From Candidatus Poribacteria bacterium (GTDB lineage: Bacteria > Poribacteria > WGA-4E > UBA9662), in the NCBI GenBank assembly GCA_046582655.1, contig JAYGDX010000094.1, forward strand, positions 1 to 45,271: DNA of 45,271 nucleotides, given 5' to 3'. Both the position numbers and the translations under genes were made by a program. Shown here piece by piece: positions 20,677-31,400 of the stretch; position 1 is the first letter of the stretch, and the number at the start of each line of letters is the position of its first letter. A model generated the notes under the pieces. The model had not been told where the DNA came from, did not search any database, and saw only the letters and a program-made list of their open reading frames with translations.

Positions 20677-22167
20677 CTATCCAAGCAATTTAGTGATGAG
20701 TCCCCATCCACTAATGCCAGCAAAGCAAATCAAGATTACAGCCGATACCAGCCCACCAACCAACATGGGAAGCCGCGTCCGATAAAGTACCGGCAATTTA
20801 AAATTCAGGTAGAGGGCAGCAAGCATCATCAAAGCTATTGAAAAATTGGCCAAGATAAATCCAGCAACTTGTGTCAGGATGTCGAACGGAACATTGAGCC
20901 AGACAATTATCATGGTAGCAGTGAAGATATAAACACACACGTTGCGACGAATTCTACCGTAATCCCACTCACGGTCAGGCCAGATGGCTTGAAAGAATTC
21001 CTGCATTACACGAGCATATATTTCAGGTAGCACTTGCAAAGTACCCCATAATGCAGCGATAATGCAAATATAGTAAAACCAGACCAACGAAGCGTGTATG
21101 TTACCCCAAACATGAGCTTGTTCAGTGAGTAAACTCCAACCTTTAAACTCGGTTTGGAGCGGGTACAAAACAGCGGCACCAGATAGCATGAAAGCACCTG
21201 TTACAATGAACAGCACAATTGCCCCAATACTCACATCCCATCGCAAGGGAGCGATAATTTTTCGTAATTGATTGGCCTGCGCCGGATCTTCAGGAAGATA
21301 ATTAATTGTGTCTTGAGTAAAAGCGTGTCGTTGAATAACCGAAATCTTTTCATGCCCAGTCAATCCCCAGCGGTGCAGACCAATCCAGTTCGCATAAACA
21401 ATATACCCCATTACGGATCCACCTACATAAGCAAAGGTGGTAGCCATTGTCAGTAACGGGTTTTTAACAGCATCCTGTGGTGTCCAATCGGTTGGTTCCG
21501 GCAGATGACCGAAACTCAGGCTGCCACCAACTGCTTTCCCGAAATCTGGACGTACCATCAGCGTACCAATAATGGTACCCCCAACGAGAATGCCACAGAT
21601 GATAATCTGCTGCTTCTCCAGTTTTTCAAATGAGAGCATTAACCCGAATATAAGCGCTAAAGCAACGAAGGCAGAGGTGATGATGTTTTCCCAAACTGGC
21701 TCAGGAATAGAAGTTGGTAATATATCTCTGAGAATGAAATGAAACAGGTCACCGCAAGGTTTGGAAATCGGGACCCACGCCAAGGGAGCACCAATCATCT
21801 CCAAAGCAATAATTGCTATCAGTAACCAACCACGAGGGCCAGGTAAACGTACAAGGCGGTGACCTATATGTTCACCACTGACCGCTGTGTAACGACCAAG
21901 CAAATAAGTGACGAAAATCCCTTTGACAACACAACTTAAAAGCACCAACCATAGGAGTCCGTAACCAGCCCAAGCACCGGTACGAACAACGACAATGGTT
22001 TCTCCCGCACCGATACTAACTGAGGCGACAATTGCCGCTGGTCCAAAAACCGAAAGTAACCCGAACAATTTTTTGAATGACCAAGGTTCGGCATAGATAC
22101 CAGTAACAGGAGGAATTTCAATTTTGCCTACTATCTGTTCAGTATTTTCTTGATCTGTATGCTTCAT
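20677..22167 (-). CDS. Nramp-related (APC/LeuT-fold) transporter lacking the DPGN metal motif
   Basis: About 11-12 TM helices; N-terminal FGPAAIVASVSIGAGE...GAWAGYGLLW pattern of Nramp-like proteins. Confidence 0.78.
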   Translation of the reverse strand: MKHTDQENTEQIVGKIEIPPVTGIYAEPWSFKKLFGLLSVFGPAAIVASVSIGAGETIVVVRTGAWAGYGLLWLVLLSCVVKGIFVTYLLGRYTAVSGEHIGHRLVRLPGPRGWLLIAIIALEMIGAPLAWVPISKPCGDLFHFILRDILPTSIPEPVWENIITSAFVALALIFGLMLSFEKLEKQQIIICGILVGGTIIGTLMVRPDFGKAVGGSLSFGHLPEPTDWTPQDAVKNPLLTMATTFAYVGGSVMGYIVYANWIGLHRWGLTGHEKISVIQRHAFTQDTINYLPEDPAQANQLRKIIAPLRWDVSIGAIVLFIVTGAFMLSGAAVLYPLQTEFKGWSLLTEQAHVWGNIHASLVWFYYICIIAALWGTLQVLPEIYARVMQEFFQAIWPDREWDYGRIRRNVCVYIFTATMIIVWLNVPFDILTQVAGFILANFSIALMMLAALYLNFKLPVLYRTRLPMLVGGLVSAVILICFAGISGWGLITKLLG

Positions 22168-22230
22168 TATTCCACCTTAATTTAGTCTTTTGGTTCATCG
22201 CTATGCTCGCAGCCGCAAAACGCAAAGATA

Positions 22231-23105
22231 TCATAACAATTTTCTTGAGAGAATAGAAATTTTTTCAAACTGCTCTTCAACTAACAATCGACTGTAACCG
22301 GTGATCTCCTCAAGATGAATATTTTGCCAAGCCGCCCATGGATGCTGAAGACGCCACCCACGCAACTGGACAGAAGAATAGCCTTCTCAGCGTGAACAAA
22401 CGCATCTCTCTTTTCTGCATTCCAACTCGGCATCGATTTTGCCAGACATGCCAAACGAGTAATAATCAAATCACTATATTTCCTGCCTAATTCAGGAGAT
22501 GACCCCAATTCAATCACACCATCTTTTCCATAATCAGGATCTGTTTTGATTCGATCAATTTCCACCAAATCCGGTTCCAGATGCCAGAGCAACGAGGTTT
22601 CACCAATACCAGCATGATCACCTAGATAGCCAGCGTCAAGCGCTAACCAATATTCAGGAATTCCGAGTACTGAAACCTGTAGCCGTTCGGTCATCCGGGT
22701 TGCGATTTCTCGAACGACAATCTGTTAATTATGTCCATAATGTCCCGTCAGCATAATAATAGCCTTAAAATCCAGTCGATGAAATTCGCCACACATCTTT
22801 TCCAGCCATGGTCGGAGCAAATAATTCTCCCATGAATTTTCCAGTTCCATTTTAACAGTTGCCGGTTTATCCAAACCTCCCATACCACCGTAAAGCGGAG
22901 GATGGACAATCCCACCAGATTTTTTAGCGGCTCCGATACAAAGAGCATGGGCTTTAAGGGCATCTAAACTAAGCGCATCATGTTCACCATGCCACTCCAC
23001 CGTACCCAGAGGAAGAAAGACAACTAGTAACTTTTCAAATGCAAACCGGAACTCTGCTGGCAACATGCGTTCCCATTGAATCATTTCTTTCTGATTCTGA
23101 TCCAC
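22231..23105 (-). pseudogene. Creatininase/mycofactocin-MftE family amidohydrolase, interrupted
   Basis: PLGTVEWHGEH, GHYGHN*QIVVREIA (in-frame TAA at 22725-22727), GDHAGIGETSLL. A second frameshift near 22370 leads into ...WRLQHPWAAWQ...SRKLL*. Confidence 0.82.
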
Positions 23106-23117
23106 CTTTTCTTCCTG

Positions 23118-24179
23118 TTAATCAGATTCCAGAATCAAATTCCCATTTTCAATCATTGATACTAACGGATGATCATCAATAGTTAGAGGAAGATCAATTC
23201 GCGCGTGACGTCTACTAGATTCATAACAGGCAAAGATGATCTCTGTCGCTTGGAGTGCTCGTTTACCACTTAGTTCGGGCATAACACCACTCTCCAACGA
23301 CTCGACCAGATTAGCGATTGCCCGAGATATATAATTTGGGCCATGTAGATTTTCACCATTGGTATCAATCACTTCCCAAGCTGATGAATTCTTCCTCATG
23401 ATTCGAAGATGGGACCCATCGGTAGCTCCAACCTCTATCATCCCATCTGTACCAATCAACCGATTATGGGCACCAACTCCTTTGGCACCGACTCCTGTTG
23501 CAATCAAGCCAAAGACTCCATTCTCATATTCCCAGTAACCAATGGCTTGGTTCTCCACAACCGCACCAAAAACCAGATTTTCTTTTCGATAATCGATTTG
23601 ACCAATGACCCACTTGGCCGGCAGGTCGTCATTATAAAAACTGAACATATCGATATAATGCGTCCCATAGTCAAAAATATCGCCACAAGCCGCCTCAAGT
23701 CTTTGCAAACTACCGATTTCCTCATTTTTCAGGAGTTCTTTGGCCTTAACGAAAGGTAAGCCAAAACGACGCTGATGATTAAAAGTTAGCTGGATTCCAG
23801 CCACTTGGCACTTCTCAACCATTAATCGTGCATCTTCCCAATTATCAGCCATTGGTTTTTCACAATGAATAGCACGAACACCTGATGCCACACAATCAAA
23901 CACCATCTGTGCGTGGAGTTTCGGCCAGACACAAACTGATACAATATCAAGATCCTCCTTCTTCAGCATCTCCATGTGCGAAAGATATGTATTCGGCAGT
24001 TGACAATGATCAGCAAAAGCTTGTGCATTTTCCGGTTTTATATCAGCACAAGCAATTAACTCACAGTTCTCAAGATCCTGATAGGCTTTGGCATGCTGAT
24101 ACGCCATAGCATATCCTATATGTCCCGGTTGCTACGCTCTGTTACCTGTGCCAATAAAACCAATTTTCAGTTTACTCAA
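23118..24179 (-). pseudogene. Gfo/Idh/MocA family oxidoreductase with an in-frame amber codon near the N-terminus
   Basis: The true N-terminus LSKLKIGFIGTGNRA*QPGHIGYAMAYQH begins at TTG 24179, with TAG at 24132-24134. The remainder is intact (HCEKP, FNHQRRF, DYGTH). Confidence 0.8.
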
Positions 24180-24223
24180 AATCTATGTTCCCTAATTTAA
24201 AGTATGAATTTGTCAAGCATTTA

Positions 24224-25267
24224 TTAGACATGGTAGATGTAAAGAGACCTGTTTTTCAGAGGCAGATCTATCCAGCTCCCATCCTGTTGATGGCTTTCAG
24301 CCACGGCCAGACATATTTCTGTCGCATGATGCGCAATTCCAATATCACCAAGCGTTTGACACCCTGTTTCTAAGGCATCAATCAAATCTTCCAAGCAAAA
24401 AATCGTTGCACTGTGATGCACAGGATCAGGATACTCCACATCAAGGAACGGGGTGTAACGATCAGTAACTTGCGTTTTTTGTTGTAATTGCCAATTCATG
24501 CCGTTATTGCTACTCTTGATTGCTCCTTCAGTTCCAAAAATTTCAAAATCCCAGTTTCCGACTGGAATTGTTGTTGCTTCTAATCCATTTTCAAAAACAA
24601 TTTGGTAGGTAGAGCTAGGATCTGAATCTAACCGATTGTCCTCAATCAGCAAGCCATGAGGACGTAAATCACCACGAACACGGGTGGCCCATGAATCACC
24701 CATTAAGTACATCAAAGTATCAACTGAATGGATGTGACCATGTAACAGACTGGTCGCCGCATAGTGAACCCCATACTGCAAATCACCGATTTCACCTTGA
24801 TCTATCCACTTTTTGGCTTGTTGATATCTCGAATCAAATCGCCTTAAAACTCCTGTATTAAGAAATACGCCATTCTCTCGACATGCTTCCAGAACCTTGT
24901 CCGCCTCATCCATCGAACAAGCAATCGCTTTTTCCAAGTAAATCATTTTTACACCTGATTCTGCCACCTGCACCGCCATTTCCGCATGCAGTTCCCCCTT
25001 GGTACAAATGGCAACAATATCCGGCTCTTCCTGTACAATCATTTCAAGGTAATCTTGATATAAGGCATGGATACCCCATTTATTTGAGAAAGCAGATCTT
25101 TTTTCCAGAAGGATGTCAGCACCTGCTACCAATTCAATCCGATCAGTCTCTTGACACGAAGCAGCAACTGAGTATGGTAACTTCACCGGTGGGTAGTTGA
25201 TAACCTCTTGATCAATTGTAGACGCCATTCTGCCAAGTCCTACAATTGCTAAACGATATTTTTTCAT
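24224..25267 (-). CDS. Gfo/Idh/MocA family oxidoreductase
   Basis: AIVGLGRMA Rossmann motif, YLEKAIA, LRRFD and HGHIH. Confidence 0.88.
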   Translation of the reverse strand: MKKYRLAIVGLGRMASTIDQEVINYPPVKLPYSVAASCQETDRIELVAGADILLEKRSAFSNKWGIHALYQDYLEMIVQEEPDIVAICTKGELHAEMAVQVAESGVKMIYLEKAIACSMDEADKVLEACRENGVFLNTGVLRRFDSRYQQAKKWIDQGEIGDLQYGVHYAATSLLHGHIHSVDTLMYLMGDSWATRVRGDLRPHGLLIEDNRLDSDPSSTYQIVFENGLEATTIPVGNWDFEIFGTEGAIKSSNNGMNWQLQQKTQVTDRYTPFLDVEYPDPVHHSATIFCLEDLIDALETGCQTLGDIGIAHHATEICLAVAESHQQDGSWIDLPLKNRSLYIYHV

Positions 25268-25470
25268 ATCCCCTCTCTACAATATCATCTTTAACATCGT
25301 ATGTTCTTCCAAACCTACCCAAAGGATATAGAACCAATTTTGCACAGTCTACTTTAAGGCAGTTTAACAATAAACCCATGAAGTTATTATATCTTTTGCA
25401 TAGAAGATCTCTTATGAATAATTACATCACTAAGGCTAAGATATAACAAAGCATCTTAAATACAAGATAG

Positions 25471-28400
25471 CTACTTGAGAATTACCATTTTTTGGGTAGA
25501 CGTATAATCTTGAGTTCTGAGGGTGCAGAAATAGATGCCACTGGCTACTTTACCACCGGCATCCGTCTTGCCATCCCAGTAGACAGCTCTCGACCGACTG
25601 ACATACCTTCCCGCTTCCATATAACCGATTCTAATGGTTCTAATTGGTGTCCCTATTACATTATAAACTACAACTGTAACCTTTGAACTCTGGCTGAGTT
25701 CAAAAGGGATCCAAGTTTCCGGATTGAACGGGTTCGGGTAGTTCTGTCGCAGAAGTGTTTGACCGGGTAAACTCATGGATAGAGTTCTGAGAACGCTCAA
25801 TACCAATTCTTCGGTCTCTGATCTACGAGATATTTTTTCCAATTCCATGATAGCCAATTGGATATTCTTCTTTTGCGGAGAAGAGAAATCAAATTTATTG
25901 GACAACATTGCTGGAGCAGACAATGCCTGACCAAAATTGCGTGTAACCTGAACCAGATCAAGTACATTTACGAAACTATCCTGATTGACATCTCCAACAA
26001 GATTGCCACCAATTTGGCCAAATTGCAATGCCACCTGCACTAAATCAAAAATATTGACAAAATTGTCGCCATTAACATCACCCAAAGCAACCCGACCAGT
26101 ATCAACAACCTTATCACTGATGGAACCAACATCAACAATGATAATCCCAATATTGCTATCATTTGTTCCGTCATTCGCTTTGAAAGTAAAGGTATCAGTC
26201 CCATAGAAGTTAGCCTTGGGAGTATAAGTCAGCTTCGGTGAAGTTCCGGACAACTTGCCGTTTGAAGGATAACTGACAATGGTATACGTTAATCGATCCC
26301 CATCTGCATCACTACCAGTAAGCTCAAACTCAATCAAAGCACCTGTGACCGTCTTGATAGTCTGGCCATCAGCTATCGGATTGCTATTCGAGGTGATTGT
26401 AACTGAAGGCAACCAATTCCCATATGAACCCATGTTAGGTAGCGAACCACCAGCATAATCCCTGAGATCAATATTGACTCCACTCTCCAAAGTTCCTACA
26501 TCAATACACGGGCTGTTTGCCTCAAGACGATAATCCCCGTCGACACTGCTTATAAATAGTGGGTCAACGTCAATGTTACTATCTGCCCAATTGACTGTTC
26601 CATTATCATTGGTCACAATTCCGGTCTTCCCTCCCTGGACATCAGAATAAGAAATAGAAATTGCATTCGATCTATCGTTTTCACTGAAATATACTTGCGG
26701 TAACAGATCCCCCCAAAGAATAACATTAACCAAAACAGGAGAAGAACTAGCTGAGCAGTATATGCCAACACCGCGTTGGGCCAAATTGTTAACGATAGTA
26801 CAATTGATAAATCTAGGTGAAGAGACATCATAGCAATAAACCGCACCGCCATCACCCACAGCTCGATTATTGACAATATTACAGTTAGTAACAATCGGAG
26901 CAGAATCACTTATACAATAAATCGCACCACCATTTCCCATAGACTGATTATCAGCAACAATGCAGTTGATTAAGTACGGTGACGAACTATCATAACAAAA
27001 AAGCCCACCACCATAACGAGCAACCTGATTATTGATAATGATACAGTTAATAATCGTCGGTGACGAATTATTGAAATAGATCCCACCTCCCACATTGTTC
27101 GGCCATATGCCTGTCGCATTCCCTCTGGTGATGGTAAAACCATCCAAAACTGATAACGGCGTCTCCCTATTTCGAAAATAAAAACCTCGGATATACTGAT
27201 CCTGACAATCTATTATGGTGGTGTCCGCCCCATTAACAGACTTTACGGTTATCGCCTTGCCTTTGAAATCTAGATTGACGTTCCCTACTCCCATATACGT
27301 CCCATCAGACACCAGAACACTATCTCCGTCAACTGCCGCATCAATTCCAGATTGAATGTTCGGTTTATCTTGCGGCACACGGATTTCGTTGGATTGCGGC
27401 AATGCTGACACGTAACCAGTCTTATCACTCTCATGGCCAGCATTGTCCAAAGCCGAAATCTGGTAATAATAAATTGTGCCGTTATCCAAACCAAGGAGGG
27501 TATATTTTTCCGTACCAGCGATGACTTTCGCCAGAAATGCTGCCGAATCGCTACTACTACCTCCATAGATATGATAGGCGGAAAGATCACTCTCACTGTT
27601 AGCTGACCAGATTAACTTCACCTGGTTGCTGCCAGCTGCTGTTGTCAACCCCAATGGCGCAGTAGGCGGGGAGGTATCTATCATCAATTCTTTTTTGAAT
27701 GACAATGATTTTATATCTCCAGGCACCGGCAATGTTAAGATGGCACTGTTTCCTGCCGCATCCTCAATACGACCTCCATTCAAAGTCAGCGCATTGTCAA
27801 CACTGTAACCCAAGTCACCACTGTTCTGACCAGCTGCAACCGTATAAATAAAAGTTAAAGTATCTGTACCACTGCCATTGAAATAATCAACCACGGCATC
27901 CTTTGCCCCAGTTTCCAGAGTGAGTTGCGGCGTTTCTTTAACTATGACACTTTCGCTAAAAGTAATTGTAAGCGCTATAACATCTGACTCTCTATAGACA
28001 CCATTTCTAGCGGTAGAAGAAACGGATGTAACAACTGACGCAGTGACATCCGTTGGCGTACCATGCAAATTTTCATAGGCACCCATATCCGGTTTGGAAC
28101 CAGTTGGATTGGGACGGGAATTACCCTCAATATCTGTTTTAGGCATGCTCGTCGAGGTACCGACACCAATGCAGGGATTGTTATCCATGAGATGATAATC
28201 CCCAACAGCAGCATCTACAAAAAGCGGATCAACGTCGATGTTGCCGTTTCCCCAATTAATTATTCCATTACTGTTGGTGGCAATTCCAGCTCGGCCACCC
28301 TGCACGTTGGAATAGGAAACAGTAATCTCGTTAGAAATACTGGAATCACTGAAATAGATCACCTGTGGACTCTCTCCCCAAATGATAGTGTTAATCAAGG

Positions 28401-31400
28401 AGGGAGAAGAAAACAGCCTACAATAAATCCCACTGCCGTTACTTGCCTGATTGTCAGAAATGGTACAGTTAGTTAAAATAGGAGAAGAAGCACCACAGTA
28501 AATTCCACCTCCATCCCCAACAGCTTGATTGTCAGCGACAACACAGTTAACAATGACAGGAGAGGAATTATTAATACAATAAATTCCACTGCCGTTACTT
28601 GCCTGATTGTTAGAAATGATGCAACCAGTAACAGATGGAGAAGAATTGTTGCTAGCATAGATCCCGCCACCGTTTCTACTCACTTGGTTGGCAGTAACAA
28701 TACAATCAACAACAACGGGAGAAGAATTATTAACACAGTAGATCCCGCCACCGTTAGTCGACTGATTGTCTATGATTACACACTTGGCAATAGTTGGAGA
28801 AGCATTCTCGCAATAAATTCCACCGCCGCTTTTGACTTTACTTTTCGTGATCGTAAATCCACGCAGCACAGAAGATTGTGTTTCTCCGTTTCGGAAGTAC
28901 ACCCCTCTGACATCCTGATCTTGACAATCGATAATTGTGGATGTACTTCCATTAACAGATCTAATTGTAATTGCTTTACCCTTGAAATCCAGATCAACAT
29001 TACCCTTACCCTTATAAGTGCCATCATCGACCAGAATAATATCACCACTGACTGCCGCATCAATTCCCGACTGAATTGTTGGTTGGTCTTGAGGAACACG
29101 AATTGGTAAAATCAGCCTTAGATCTAACAGATTTTCATAGGCACCCATATCCGGTGGAGTCCCTCTATAATTACCTTCAATATCCATTACAGGAACACCC
29201 TCAGCGGCACCAGCACCGATGCAGGAACTATTATCCTTAATGCGGTAATTCCAGCTAGTAGTATCTACAAACAATGGATCAGCGTTAATGTTACCCCCTC
29301 CCCACTTGATTTTTCCTCGCCTACCATAAGATATTACAGCTTGAACATTAGAATAAGAGATACGGGCCAAACTTGGATCTCCATCTCCGAAAACAATTTC
29401 ATCTGGACTGTTCTCCCAAATGATTGCACCTATAATAGTGACGGACGAACCGTTCCGGCAAAATATCCCACCCCCATTATCAGCTAGATTGTCAGTAATA
29501 GTACAGTTGGTAATCATCGGTGACGAATTATCGCTATAGATCCCACCGCCAGTTTGAGCGCGATTATTAGTGACAACACAATTAATCAACCGAGGAGAGG
29601 AATCGTTACCACAAAAAACGCCGCCACCGTTAATACTCTGATTATCAATAATAATACAGTTGGTAATCGTCGGTGACGAATTGTGGCAATAAATTCCACT
29701 ACCGTTGGTTATAGTGAATCCGTCCAAAACAGAAGCTTGTGTTTCGCCACTTCGAAAATAGAATCCTCCAGTATCCTGACTTTGACAATCGATAATTGTG
29801 GAAGCTGCTCTGTTAACAGACCTGACTGTAATCGTTTTGCCTTTAAGATCTAGGTTGACGTTGCCAGTTCCCGTATATATTCCATCAGCTACCAACACAG
29901 TATCACCATTAATAGCTTTGTCAATTCCAGCTTGGATTGTCGGTTGATCCTGTGGAACACGGATCGGTGCCGTTCGTTTAAAATCGAGAGGATTTTCATA
30001 GGCACCTATATCGGGGGAGACACCTCTAGGATTACCTAGAATATCAGTTAAAGGTGTGCCTGTATTCGTCCCCGCACCGATACAGGAACTGTCATACATA
30101 AGACGATAATCCCCAACAATCGCGTCCACAAAAAGCGGGTCAACTTCAATATTACCGTCTTCCCAGTTAACTGTACCATTGTCATTAACTACAATACCAG
30201 ATTGACCATCTTGGACATCAGAGTAGGAAATGTTGATGGTGTTCGGCTTGCCGACACTCAAGAAAATCTCCTGTGGACTGTCACCCCAAAGGATAGTGTT
30301 GATGACAGTCAGTAACACATTGTTGGTACCATAAATCCCGCCACCGCTTTGTGCCTGATTGTTAGTTATGGTACAATTGATGATAATCAGTAACGAATTA
30401 TTGCAGAAAACACCACCACCGTTAGAATCAGCACGGTTGCCGATGATAGTACAATTGGTAAGGTTAGGAGAAGATTTTTCACAATAGACACCAGCACCGC
30501 TTTGTGCCTGATTGTCAGTGATAATGCAGCTAGTAATCGTTGGTGATGAACTATTATAGCAAACAATACCAGCACCGTTTTGAGCCTGGTTGTTAGTTAT
30601 AGTACAGTTGACAATGGTCGGTGACGAATTACTACAAAAAATACCGCTGCCATTGGTTATAGTGAATCCATCCAGAACAGAAGTCTGTGTTTCTCCGTTT
30701 CGGAAATAGAACCCTCTGGTATTCTGATTTTGACAATCGACGATTGCAGACGCTGCACCGTTAACAGATCTAACAATAATTGACTTTCCCATGAAGTCCA
30801 GACTAACGTTACTCCTGCCAGTATACACACCATCAGCCACCAGTACCATATCCCCTCTAGTAGCAGCATTAATCCCGGCTTGGATTGTCGATTTATCTTG
30901 AGGAACACGGATTGTTGTCACCAATCTGGTATCCAAGACGCTCTCATAGGCTCCAATGTCCGGAGGAACTCCTCTAACATTACCTTCAATATCAGTAGGG
31001 ATATCAACAACCGTTCCCATACCAATACAGAGGCTGTCATCTAATAAATGATAATCCCCATTAACGGCATCAACAAAAAGCGGATCAGCATCAGGAATCA
31101 CCGAACTAGTTCTAATATTGCCAGCCCCCCAGTTAACCGTTCCATTGTCATTGGTAACAATCTTGGATTTTCCGCCTTGAACATCGGAATAGGAAACGCT
31201 GATTGTACTTGGTCTTCCAGTCCCAAAATAAATTTCCTGAGGGCTATCTGCCCAAAAGATAGTATTGATAACAGTTGGAGAAGAGCTGTTTTGAGAATAA
31301 ATCCCGCCTCCACTCCCAGCTTGATTCCCAACAACTGTACAGTTAATAAAAGTTGGTGAAGAATTGACATCACATAATACCCCTCCGCCACGGCTTTGTG

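Noticed and set aside
15533..24179. Stop-codon reassignment or amber (pyrrolysine) readthrough explaining the in-frame TAGs
   Set aside because: TAG is the normal terminator for many intact genes here (for example at 3073, 3688, 6326, 18885, 25471). All three stop types occur internally, and several of the same genes also carry frameshifts.
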